A DNA stretch of 64,000 nt. Source: Hyaloraphidium curvatum SAG 235-1 (taxonomy: Eukaryota > Fungi > Monoblepharomycota). Position 1 is the first letter of the stretch. Each line of letters starts with the position of its first letter. Under the pieces are notes generated by a model. That model worked only from the letters and a program-made list of their open reading frames with translations, was not told the origin of the DNA and made no database searches. The stretch is taken from positions 248,001 to 312,000 of the forward strand of contig JAIVFI010000030.1 in the NCBI GenBank assembly GCA_025558095.1, read 5' to 3'. A program made the translations under genes and the position numbers. Positions 47,439 to 59,842 of this stretch are shown here, one piece after another.

Positions 47439-47535
47439 CTCTCGGAGCAGAGGGAAGACGTTGAAGCGTCGCAATGTTTACCTCGGTCAAGTCAACAGCA
47501 GAAACCTCAAGCCCGTGGACCGTGGAAACGTCGCG

Positions 47536-50051
47536 ATGAAGGTCAAAAAACGCACAAAAAACTTCGTCAGCAAGCACTTGAAGCAGACGATTGAGAACAG
47601 ACGGAAGGCGAAGGACTTCCAGCGGAAGAAGGACAATAGGAAGGCCCGCCGGGGGCCGGGCCGGGATCGTCAACCGACCGAGCCGGAGAAGGGCCCTCGC
47701 GAAGCCGAATCGGACGACGAAGATGTCGAGAGCGACATCGAAGTGGAGAGGCCCTCGAAGAAGGCTCCTTTGGGGTCGAAGCCGCGGAAAGCCCCGGGCA
47801 AAGACGCCGTGGAAGCCGCCCACAAGGGCGAGCTTGAGGACCTCCGCGAAACGGACCCGGAGTTTTTCAAGTTTCTTCAGGACAATGACGAAGCGCTGCT
47901 CGCGTTTGGAGACGACATGGAGGAGGGCTCTGACGAAGAAGAGGGATCCACCGACGACAGCGGTTCCGAAGTCGCGGACGAAGACCAGATGGACGCCGCT
48001 GCTTCTGACGACGAGGATGTTGGCGAGGACGACGCTCCGATCCTCACGAACCAGATGCTGGACGCCTGGGAAGCCTCACTGGCAAAGAACAAGTCGCTGA
48101 GGATGGTGCGGAGACTGCTGGCGGCGCTGAAGGCTGCGGAGCAGTTCACGGAAGGCGAGCAAGACGAAGGAGCGGCGTACAGCTTTGATGATCAATCCGG
48201 TAAGCGAGCTTTGGGCATCTGGTGGCGCCAAGGTTGCTTATGCTCTGTTCGTAGTGGTCACCCGCCTTGTTTCTGTCTGTGTGACTGCAATCCCGCCTGT
48301 TTTGGACCACCATTTGCCCGTCAAATCATCCGGCAAGGCTCGGTTGGTCGATGATTAATACCAGGTTCCGCCGGCTTACTCATGCGGATCCCATAGGATT
48401 GCCTTGCCATCGGCTTCCCCTCGTTGGACGAAAGTGCAGCCGGTCGTCAAGAGCTACCTGAATCACCTTTTGAAGGTGTCCAAGCAGTTCACCAACGCGA
48501 ACCTGCAACACTTCTTGCTGCGGAACTTTGTTCCTTCCATACCGTACTTTGCTTGCTTTCCGAAGCTCTCTCGAGATCTGCTGAAGCGGCTTCTGGATGT
48601 CTGGACCAGCGGAGACGAGAAGGCACGCATCTCTGCTTTCCTCGCCATCCGGAAGCTTGCAACGTTCTCGAGCGCGCTTTTGACATTGGTCATGAAGGTC
48701 TGGAGCCTTGAGGCGTCCGCTTCACCGTGTCGTAACGCTCCTACATTCCCTTGGAAAACAGAAAGCTTATCTTTCCTTCGGCAATCTGGCTGCCAACACC
48801 AACAATCACACCTGGACGCACATCCAGTTCATGAGGGACTGCGTTGCGGAGCTTTACGCCATGAACGCAACAGCTGCCTACCAGCACGCATTCGTCTACA
48901 TCAGACAGCTGGCCATCACGCTTCGCAACGCAATTACTACCCGCACCAAGGTTCGTAGCTCCGCATAGTTGTATGGCCAGCCGCTCATCCGCCACTTTAG
49001 GACTCCTACAAGGCCGTTTACAATTGGCAGTACATCCACTGTTTGCGCCTGTGGGGCAAGGTGCTGGCGAATCACGCGCAGTCTCCCGCCCCCAAATCCA
49101 ACAAGGCGTCCCTGGCTGAACTCATCTACCCTTTCTCCCAAGTTGTTTTGGGCGTCTGCCGGTGCGTGTGCCCGTCGCAGCTCCTGGTAGCCTTTCTCAT
49201 GTGTCGCGGCAGTCTCCTTTCGAACCCACAGTACTTCCCGCTGCGGTTCCAGTGCATCCGGACCCTGCTCGACTTGAGCGAGGCGACCGGTGTGTACGTC
49301 CCGCTGGTTCCATACCTCGTCGAAGTCCTGGACTCTCCGGAGGTCACCAACCGCGCCAAGCCGTCGACGATGAAGCCCTTGGATTTCCGCCTTTCCTTGA
49401 AGGCTCAAAAGCCGTACCTGCACACCATGGTTTACCAAGATGGACTCATTCAGGAGGTGCACTACCTGCTTCTGCGGTTCTATGCGATACACGCCAAGTC
49501 GATCGCATTTCCCGAGCTCGCCACTCCCCTGCTGATCCATCTGAAGCGAATGGCCAAGAAGAGCCGCAATCCCAAACTGAGCAAGCAAGCCAGAATGCTG
49601 ATCGAAAAGGTGGGCCGTTCCACAAGCGTGATTTGACATTTATGCTTGATCGCTTCGCCACGCAGCTGGAGCAGAATGCCAAGTACATCCAAGATGAAAG
49701 GTTAAAGGTGGATTTTGCGCCGACGGACGCCGTCAAGGCTGTGGGTTCTCTTCGCTGTCACACCACGGCGTTTCTCACGGCATTCAGTCCGAGTTCCTCG
49801 CGACCGTTGCTCCCAGCGCGATACCGGTTATCCGGCATTTAGAATCCGTGAACAAGCTCAAGGCTAGGATCGAGGGCGGAGGTGCTCCGGAGGATTCGCA
49901 GCCGCTCAAGAGGAAGGTTGAGGCTGAGGAGCGCCGGACTACAAAGAAGGCAAAGGCCGCGCCGAAGCGGGCCAAGCAAGTGACCGTGGAGGAGGAAGCT
50001 GAGGAAGCCGACGAAGATGAGGATGACATCGTCGAGGACTTTTCCTTGTGA
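47536..50051 (+). CDS. NOC2: Nucleolar complex protein Noc2
   Basis: HKGELEDLRETDPEFFKFLQDND; AYQHAFVYIRQLAITLRNA; YNWQYIHCL; YFPLRFQCIR. Confidence 0.94.
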
Positions 50052-50133
50052 TTCTTTAAGATTGGGATTACGCCTCGACCACAGGCCAGTGATCGTCCGC
50101 GGTCGTCGAGGACGCGTCCAGACACCCGCAGCG

Positions 50134-50915
50134 ATGGTCAACGACCAGGACAAACTGCTGGTCAATGCCGCGCCATTCGCCACTACAGGCGAGCTGGGAG
50201 GCTCAATGAGCTCCGGAGCACCGGCTGATCCCGAGGTTGGGGGAGTGTCAGGGATCCTCCGCGCGAGCAGGTGCGCCCCTCGTTCTCTGCTGCGCTCGTT
50301 TGCCGACGCCTGCCTCCCGCGTTTGACCCAGCCACCCTGGAGTGCTCATATTTCATCTTTTGTTTCGAACGCTGGCCCTGGCTACCTACATACTGGGCAG
50401 CTTCTTCTCTTCTAGCTTCATTCTCCTTTTCGTTGTCACGACCTTGCTCCTTGCGTTCGATTTTTGGACCGTGAAGAACGTTTCCGGGCGCCTGCTTGTC
50501 GGACTCCGGTGGTGGAATGAGATTCGGGACGACGGGTCGAACGTCTGGGTCTTCGAATCGAAGCCGGTAGGTTGGGAGCCGCTGACAGGCGGGATGGCGG
50601 ACCGACGCTTTCGCGCAGGACCGCTCGGTGAATCCAATCGACTCGCGCATATTCTGGACCACTTTATATGTGTTTCCTTTGCTATGGGTGTTCTTTGGGT
50701 TCGTCGCGCTCGTGAAGTTCAGCTTTGGCTGGCTGCTGCTCTGCTCAATCGCGGTGGCCTTGAACGTGTCCAACACGGTGTCCTACTACCGATGTGAGCA
50801 GGATGCGAAAGCCAGGTACTCGACTTTCATGGGAGCCAACAACGGCTTCCTGGGGAGCATGGTCAGCGGAATCGTCGGCAGCCGCATTGGATCTCTTTTC
50901 GGCGGATCGAGGTGA
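50134..50915 (+). CDS. TVP23: Golgi membrane protein Tvp23
   Basis: [20 protein letters not shown]...WVFES; NPIDSRIFW. Confidence 0.95.
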
Positions 50916-50956
50916 AGTGGAGGTGATGATTATACCCCTCTTTGTACATGGCATAG

Positions 50957-52335
50957 CTAGTGGAGACCCATTACGCGACGTACTTCGGCCATGGTCTGCG
51001 TGGCAAGGCTCGTCGCAGCCTCCTCGCTGTCGCGCAGTGTTCTGTCCACATAGGTTTCGTCCTTGCTGAAGTCCTCGAAACGCTCCCGCACCGCTCTGAG
51101 CCGCTCCACGCACGACTCGGCGACGGCCTCCTTCAGGGCCCGAGCCTGCTTTCCGCGGAATAAGGCGACGGCTTCGTCAACTTCAATATCCTCCAGACCC
51201 GCGTAGAGGTTGATCAAACTGGCCACACCGGGTCTTCCATCCGGATCGTAGTCGATCGTAGGATGAGAATCCGTAACGGCCCGCTGGACTTTGCGGCGAA
51301 TGCTGTCCGGCGAGTCCGTGATGTTGATCCGGGACTGGTCTGACGGGTCCGATTTGGACATCTTCGACGTGGGATCTCGAAGAGACATGATCCGTTTTGA
51401 GCTTGTAGCTTTTGAGGGGAATTGAGACGAAAGGGCCCTCGGCTTCAAGAAGCGCACTGTACCAAGCAGCCCGTTCGGTACGGGAAACACATGCCCGAAT
51501 GTATGGTTGAACCTTTGGGCGACGTCCCGAGCAAGATTCAGATGCTGCATCTGATCCTCTCCGACGGGTACATCAGTCGCTCTGGGCGTATTGCTCGATG
51601 TTGAGCATCACAAGGAACTGGCGAGAATGTCACTCACTTGAAAAGCATGATGTCCGCTGCCTGCAAAACTGGATATGCCAGCAGGCCCAAGCAGGGGCCC
51701 TGAGCATCGTTGTCACGCTCCCCTTTAGTCTGGAAGGGCGGTACACTGGTCGGCCTTCTCAAGGGTGGAGGAAAGCATGGAAACCCGCCTTCCATTGGTG
51801 CATTCGATACAACCAGCTTATCGGTGTCTGGCACATCAGTAGCCACCCGAGCTCGGCGTGTTGAGCTACCTGCACGAGCAGCTGTGACTTCCGTCGGGAA
51901 CCGCAGCCCGTCAAATCCACGACAGACCTTGGACTGACGGTACACGATGCTCTTCGCCGGATCAATTCCGACCGCAAGCAATGATGCCGCCATTTCCATG
52001 GTATTCTTGTGCAGAGCCTTCGGGTCTTGGGGCAGAGTCAAGGCATGCAAGTCCACGATGCAGTAGATGGGCTTCAGCCTGTCGCCGTCCGTAACAGGCT
52101 TGGATCCAGCATTCGAGGAGGCAGCAGGTGTCAAATTCTCCGTCAAAGCATCTTGCATGCGGACCCAGTGAACCAGCGCCCCAAGGTAGTTGCCGAGATG
52201 CGGCACTCCGGTTGGTTGGATGCCGGAGAACGTCCTGCGCCGAATCGCCGATTTTCCGGCTTCTTTGGCGCGTGAAGCGAATGTTCGGATGGCGATGCGG
52301 AGCAGGCCGCGTATAGGAAAACGCGACTTCATCAC
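50957..52335 (-). CDS. MSW1: Mitochondrial tryptophanyl-tRNA synthetase
   Basis: Targeting peptide; FSGIQPTGVPHLGNYLGAL; YPVLQAADI; KMSKS. Confidence 0.95.
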
Positions 52336-52601
52336 GAGGAGGTCTCTTGGAGTGTTGGGCCTGTTGCGGTGGCGGGCGGAGGACGAGAATCGGACTCACG
52401 GAGGCGTCCTCGATCCCGACATGGCGGCTCGTCTTTTCAGCGCTCATACATCGCGAGCACGCCCTTTATCGCGTCCATACAATAAGAAGCGCCCCGCCGC
52501 CCAAGTGCTCCGACGCTACGCCTCCCAAAACCTCCATGTGACAGTCTGAGCTCCGAGCGACAGCATGGTGAATCTCATCCCGAGACAGTTCAGAAAAGGC
52601 G

Positions 52602-53700
52602 TCAGTTGGCGTCATCGTCGTCGGCTCCAGCGCCGTCCACACCGAGCTGCCCGCTGCCCGCGATGCCCCCATTTGTCGGAGACATGGAGGCGTTGGCCAC
52701 GAAAGCCGGGTTGCCCGCCAAGGCCATGCGCTGCTGAAGCTGCGCATAGATCTGCTGAGGGATCTGAGCAGCGATGTTGGCAGCGTTGGGCCGCGGGGGC
52801 GAGCCGTGGACGCCATTCGAAGGCGTGAAGGTCACTCCGTTGGGATTCAACACCACCGGAACGTTGCCCGATACCTTCAACTGGCCACTCCGGATCTGGT
52901 TCGCAAACACGCCCAGCTGCTGCTGCAGATAGAGCGAGCTCTGTTGCGGTGACACGCTGGCCTGCGCAGGCTGTGCACCCCCAGGAGTCTGCTGCTGACG
53001 CTGCCGCATGATGTTGACCCTCTGTTGCTGGGCCGCGGCGGCCTGCTGCTGCTGCAGCGAGGATGCCGTGGAAGAAGCAGTCGCAATGGCAGAGCCGGCC
53101 CCGGGCGCCGTAACGGGCGTTCCCGGGCTCCCAGTCGGAGAATTGGCCAAAACGCCCGCAGTAATCAGGCTGTTCTTCATCCCCTGCGCGGCCAGCTTCG
53201 TGGGGCTGAGAACCTGCTGCCCATTCAGCGCCGGGGAACCAGGGCTCTGCTGAACCGCGGCACTGTTCAGAACGGGCGACCCAAGCGAGGCCGAGAGAGA
53301 AGGCGATGCGAGGGCCGCGTGCGCACTTCCGACGAACCCGGCCGTGTTCTGCGCCCCCATCTGGTTGGCGAGCAAAGGCAATGCCTGCTGCAGATGAGCT
53401 TGCTGCAGCTGAGGCTGAAATCCGTTCTGGATCGCGTTCTGCTGCTGCGTCCGCGCTTGAGCCTGCAACTGGGAAGACATCTGCTGGATCTGCTGAGCTC
53501 CCTTGGCAGCCTCGCGCATCAAGATCTTCACGGCGGCTGCCTTGGGATCCTCCTCCCCTTTGATGGGCTTGCCAGCCGCCTTGTTCAGCGCGAGCTGCGC
53601 CTGACCAGCCTGCCCCGCGGCGAGCGCAGCCATCCCCTCGCTGGATAGCCGGGCCACCGCCTGCTTTTTCTTCGAAGCCTGCTGGGCCTGCTGCTGGGCC

Positions 53701-53733
<33 letters not shown>

Positions 53734-56088
53734 GCGACCGGCGCTTGAGGGCGGACCACCTGCGGAGGCGGCATGTTCGGCTGCGCAGTGCGCAATCCCG
53801 AAATGCGGGGCTCCGCCTGCTGCGGGATGCGGGGCACGACTTCCAGCAGCTTGTGCTCCAGTTCGCCGATCAAGGAGTACCGTAGCAACAAAGCGCTGCG
53901 ACGAAGAGGTGAGCGAAAGCAAGGGGATAAACAGGAAGTTGTTCAACGGTACCTAGTGTTGTCGTAAATGGGCATGCCCGCGTCGTCGGCCAAGATTGCC
54001 AGTTCCTCGTCGTCCGTATCGCCCCAGCGGAACCGCGACAGCTTCTCCTGGTTCTCCTGGCGCAGCTTGGCTTCGTTCTCCATTTCGAAATTCGGCGCGG
54101 GCTTCCACCGCGACTCCGGCTCGCCCGGCAACCAGGCATGTTGCGGCCCCATCTCGGGAAACACGTCCCCCATTCCACAGCGCCGGTCGTGTATCCTCCG
54201 CCCACCACGACCGATGCGGACCCTGCCCATGCGGGCCCGCAAAATGGATTCCTTCCTCCCTTCCTCGACGTCGGGGTCGGGCAGGAAAGGCACATTGAAG
54301 TCCGCGGCCGGATCCCCAGCCTGCATGAGAAAAGTAGGCACCACGCCGTCCTCTGCGCTCGGCGACGGGTACGAAAGGATGTCCGTGTAGTCCTCCCGGA
54401 AGAAACGGTCGCCCGCATGTGTCGGCGGCATGGGGACGTAGGGGTTCTCGGTGAGATCCATCCAACCGAGACGCTCGTCCTCCTCGCGCTTCCGCTTCCG
54501 TGCCTCCGCAGCCTGGTCGCTCGCCAGCAAGCTCGCATCGCGCGTCGACTTGAGCAGGATCTTCATCGGGCCCATGGGCCTTTCGACGGGCCAGCAAACA
54601 TTAACACGAACCAAAGCACTCGACCCATCGAACGCACCTGTCCTCGGGCTTCTTTGCCTTGGCCTGCTTGACAGGGCTGGCATCTTCGGCCGCGGAAACA
54701 CCCAGCTTCTTCTTCATCCGGCGAACGACGATCTTCTGCTGGAAAATGAGCTCCTCGAGGATGAGGCTCTCTTTCCGGTAGCGCTCGCGCTTCGTGACGA
54801 GATCGAGCAGGTTCCGGGCCTGGTCCATCTGCTGCCGCAGTTGGCGGACCTTATCCATGGACTGCTGATCTACCCGCCGCGTCTTGCGCATGGGGCGGTT
54901 CTCGCGCCGCCGGAAACAGATGTAGGCATCGTTTGCGCCCGTATCTTCGGTCTGACAACGAACCGCAACGCATTAAGCGCCGGAAGACACCGCTCACGAC
55001 GCGGTTCCGCGCACCTTTATCGTCGGCTGGATCGGACGGTTGTCCCGCTGCTTCCGCCGCTCCTGCCAGTGCGCAAAGACGGCCGCAGCAGCAGCCTTGA
55101 GATTCGGGTGCTTGATGATCTGCCTGGAAGACGGCAGGAGGGCCGAAGAGGTTTTCAGGTACGTCTCGAGGTCCTCGAGCGTGGCCATCTCCCCGAGGTG
55201 CGGCGAGAACTTGTTGGACCAGGGATCCACCCAGTTCTGCGCGCGACAGTGAGCAAGGGAAAAGGCATGCAAAGGCGCGTCCAACCCACCTTCTCCTGCG
55301 TGATCTTCTCCAGACCCCACATCAGCTCCTCAAACTGGTCCTCCGTCAACCGCGCATGCTTGGAGACCTCGCCGCGGTCGCATCGCGCGTTGTGGTCCGC
55401 CAGCCACGCGTCGTCGACGCCGTCCATGTTGTACGGGCATCCGATCCATTCCTCGATCGGTGCCGAGAAGCGGATGAGCGTCTTCGAGAGCACGAAAGGT
55501 TTGTTGTAGAACTTGTCGTAATCATCGAAGGGACGGTCCGCTTCCGGCACGGGGATGAAGGTCTTGGCTTCGGAGCCATAGTGCGTGGCCAAGGCGAGCT
55601 GGAGATGCTCCTCCTGCAAGAGGGCGCGAAAAAGTCAGAAAACCTGCAGCGTGGCGCCTCCAAACGCAAGCCCAAAGAAATCCCAAAAGCCGGCGCGAAA
55701 AATCCGCCACCCCCGCGGAAGCATAGCACTGCACCATGGGCGCGTCGTCGGTGCGACAACGTGCCGAATGACCCCCGATCGGCGCGTGTGGGACGCCGAA
55801 AGTGCGCGCAAGGCCTCGTTTCCGCACGGTGCGCCCAAAAAGTCACGTGACCCGGTCCGCCCCGCGTCCCGCGCGCCCGCAGCGGCGGAAGGAGATACTT
55901 TCCTCCTCTTCCTCCTTCTCGACACCGGTGGTAGCCACCGGCACGAGCTGGGAGTTGTTCAGCTCCTCCTTCTCGGCGAGGTCCGACTCGCGGTAGACGG
56001 GCAAAGGTTTGCGCACGTCGATTTTCCGCGACCTGAAGGCCGTCTGCTTGTTTGCACCGCCGCCGGAGCGGCCGTGGTTGGAAGCCAT
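52602..56088 (-). CDS. EPL1: Enhancer of polycomb-like NuA4 subunit with Q-rich tail
   Basis: [12 protein letters not shown]; TGVEKEEEE|EHLQ; YNMDGVD; [10 protein letters not shown]; [15 protein letters not shown]. Confidence 0.92.
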
Positions 56089-56258
56089 GCTGCCGGCGGA
56101 TTTATCCCGAGGCCATAGCCAGCGGGAAACCCGCAGGGGCGGGAGCAACCTCCTGCCACGCGGCCGGCAACGGTTGGCGGCTGGTGACGCCGCAGTAAAC
56201 AACCCCGGCCTGGATTCACTACAACACGCGTCGGAGCCGCGGAGCGGCGGCCTGCGCG

Positions 56259-57926
56259 ATGAGGTCCGTTCCTTTGCAGTGTGTTCGGACCGGCGGCCTG
56301 ACCGGCCGCGCCGCAGCGTCATCCTGGAGACCTCCGCGGGCGACATCGTCATCGACCTCGAGGTGGACCGGTGTCCCCGGGCGTGCACCAACTTCATTAA
56401 GCTCTGCAAGATGAAGTACTACAACTTCTCGTGGGTTTCGAGCCTCCGGAGCCGCAGGCGACCGGCTGGGGAGGCGTGGCGTAGCTGACGCACCCGAAAC
56501 GACCCCACGTACCGGAAACCGCGCAGCCTCTTCTACAAGGTGCAGAAGAATTTCCTCGCCCAAGCCGGCGATCCGACGGGCACGGGGAGCGGCGGAGAGA
56601 GCGTCTGGGGGTCGGTACTCGCGCCGCCGAGGTGCTGGGTGCGCTGACCCTCCCAACGCGCCAGTCTCGTCCACGGGCAGAAACGGCGGTACTTTGTTCC
56701 CGAGTTCCACCCGAAGCTGAAGCACGACGTGAAGGGGCGCGTCTCGTTTGCATGCGTGCCGGACGCGGCCGGCAACCCGCTCGCGGGGTCGCAGTTCTTC
56801 ATCACCCTCGGCGAGAACCTGGACTACCTGAACGGGAAAGCGGCCGTCTTTGGCCAGGTTGCCGAAGGGTTCGACGTGCTGGACAAGCTGAGCGCGGCCA
56901 TTGTGGACGAGGAGGAGCGGCCGATGGTGGACATCCGGATAAAGCACACCATCGCGCTGGACGACCCGTTCGACGACGTGGAGGGGATGGTGGTGCCTCC
57001 GCGGAGCCCAGACCCCACACCGGAAATGCTCAGAGGCGCGCGGTTGAGGGAGGAGGACCTGATAAAGCCGGACATGTCCGCGGAGGAGCTGGAGAAAGAG
57101 CAGCGCCGTCAGGAAGCGGAGGCTCGGGCGCTGACGCTGGAGATGGTCGGGGACCTTCCGTTTGCGGAGATCAAGCCTCCGGAGAACATCCTTTTTGTGT
57201 GCAAGCTCAATCCGGTCACGCGGGACGAGGACCTGGAGCTCATCTTTTCGCGGTTCGGGACGATCCGGAGGTCGGCGCCAGCACTGCGGTTGTCCTGTGG
57301 TCCGGCCGCTCACCACCACCTTGCGTAGCTGCGAGATCATCCGGGACAAGAAGACCAACGACTCGCTGCAGTACGCCTTCATCGAATTCGAGAACAGGGA
57401 GGACTGCGAAGAGGCCTACTTCAAGATGGACAATGTCCTTATTGACGACCGGCGGATCCACGTCGACTTTTCGCAGAGCGTCAGCAAGCTGCACAAGGAG
57501 TGGATGGGTGAGTTGGTCTGCTGGTGCGATCGAAGCCCACCTGACCGTCCGTGGACAGTCGGGAGACGCAAGGCGCTGGGCTTTGGCGGCAATGCGGAGT
57601 TGGAAAAGCGATCCAAGTACCGCGACGAGCGCGCGGAAGCGGACAGCTACGAGCTCGTCTTTGAAGCAGGGGACCGAACTTTGGAGGAGGAGAAGCGTGC
57701 GCGCTCGGGGCCCAAGCCGCCGAGCGCCCGACCGGACGAGGGCAAGCCCCGGGGACGCGAGCGGAGCGGCGAGCGGCGGCGCAGTCGGAGCCCCGATCGG
57801 GGTGGGCGCGGGCGTGGCTCGAGCAGAGATCGATGGGATGAGAGGCGTCGGGACGATCGACGCGACCGAGACGAGCGGGATCGGCGGGAGCGCGAACGAT
57901 CCAGGGACAGGGGCCGTAGATATTGA
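56259..57926 (+). CDS. PPIL4: Cyclophilin-RRM protein PPIL4/Rct1
   Basis: [16 protein letters not shown]; SQFFITL; [16 protein letters not shown]; [20 protein letters not shown]; RS/RD tail. Confidence 0.95.
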
Positions 57927-58094
57927 TGTTTTCTTGATGAACGAATTGATGATGACTTCGGTACTTGGCGCAGCATCGTCCCGCAAGGAGCCCACCAGCG
58001 GGCCACTAGCGCGGCTCGGCGACACGCAAATCGACAAACTTCGAGTGACCGGCTCCCCCATCGCCGCCACCTTTCCCGCGCCGGAGCCGCCATC

Positions 58095-59734
58095 ATGGCG
58101 GACGACGAGGACCACGTGCGCGCGCCGCCGTCGGACTCAGCCGACGAGGACCGCGAGGACCGCATGGAGCAGGACGAGGGCGACGACGGCGACGGCGGAG
58201 GTAGGGCGGGCGGGGCGGCGGGGCGGCGGACACTCAGCGTTGGGCAGCGAGCGGCGCAGGCAGCGGGCCGGACGAGCGGGACGCGGCGGCGAACGGCGAC
58301 TACCGGCGGCGCGACCGCGAGCGCACCGAGGGCGGCCGCCACGCCTCGAGCCGCGTGCGCACGCCGTACGAGCGGCCGCACGCCGATGGCCGCCACGACG
58401 ACCGCGACGACGACGACGCGAAGCCGGCGAACAAGTACTCGGCGCCGCGGCCCAAGGACCGCGTCAGCGACAAGGAGTGCCGGATATACGTCGGCAACCT
58501 GGCCTACGAGTGCGGCTGGCAGGACCTGAAGGACTTTATGCGGCAAGGTGCGTGAACATCGCGCATCGGAGCGGCGATGGCTGCGGGGCGGGTTGTGACT
58601 CTGTCCGGCAGCCGGGGACGTGGTGTTTGCCGACGTCCTCACCAACGCGATGGGCCGGTCAAAGGGCTGCGGCGTGGTCGAATTTGCGACGCCCGAAGAG
58701 GCCAAAAAAGCCATCGAAACGCTGAACGACAAGCAGCTGATGGGTCGGCCCGTGTTCATCCGCGAGGTGGGTGACACCAAAATTGTGCGGCACTGGACGG
58801 CCCTCACCAAAGCCATCGCAGGACCGGGAAAGCGACGCCCGCTTTGGCATGGGATCCGGTGGTGGCGCGCCGAGGGGCGGCGGAAGGGGAGGCTACGGTG
58901 GCGGCGGCGGTTGGGGAGGACCCCGCGACGACCGCGATGTGGCCGGCCGGCAACTGTTTCTGGGCAACGTGAGCTACTTTCGCGTGGACGGCGGCGAGCT
59001 TGACCCACCTTTTCTGCTCCAGCTGCCGTATGTAGTGGCTTGGCAGGACATCAAGGTAGCTCAGCTCGGGGCGGTGAGCAGTTCATCAGCGCTGACGATA
59101 CCGCTTTACCAGGACCTGTTCCGAGAAGCCGGCTCAGTGATCCGCGCCGACGTCCACGAGACGCCTGATCGCAGGCCGAAAGGCACCGGCATCGTCCTGT
59201 TCGAGCGCGAGGAGGACGCGCGGAAGGCGATATCGATGTTTGACGGCTACGATTGGCACGGGCGGAGGATCGAGGTTCGGGAGGTTGGCTGGAGTGCTTG
59301 CCACTCGAAGATTTGGGTCTCATTGTCCTTCCCGTCCAGGATCGTTTCCCCGGGATGCCGGCCGGGCCTCCGCGAGGTTTCCCGCCGCCGCGGTACCCCC
59401 GAGAATTTTACGGACCGCCTCGCGACGGTCCTCGGGACTACTACGGGCGCGGATACTACGGCGATGGTGCGTTCGTCGAGAGACTGGTGCGGATCGCGAC
59501 TGACATCGATCTCCTTTTCTTTTCAGGATACGGCTGGGGCTACCCCCCGTACGATCCGTACTACGACTACTACGCGGCGGATTACTACGGCCCGCCCCCA
59601 GGTAAGGCCCTGCGAAAGGCGGGATGCGGCATTCTGACGATCGACCAGGTTACGGCCGGGGCCACGAGGCTTACGGGCCCCCGCCGCCGGTGGATCCGAG
59701 CTACAACAGCAATAGGGTCGTGTACGAGAGGTAG
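58095..59734 (+). CDS. Gbp2/Hrb1-like SR-type RRM protein
   Basis: RIYVGNLAY...WQDLKDFMRQ; GRSKGCGVVEF; GRPVFIRE; MFDGYDWHGRRIEVRE. Confidence 0.85.
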
Positions 59735-59842
59735 CACATTCTTGAACCCGTTTTGCGAACAGCGTGATGTGTGCGCCCCAGAGAAGGGGTGACCGCCGTC
59801 CCCGTTTTCCTCTCGCGATTGCGTTTCTGAACCCGGCCCGCG

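Noticed and set aside
53690-53731. CTG/CAG microsatellite
   Set aside because: Simply encodes the poly-Q tract of Epl1.
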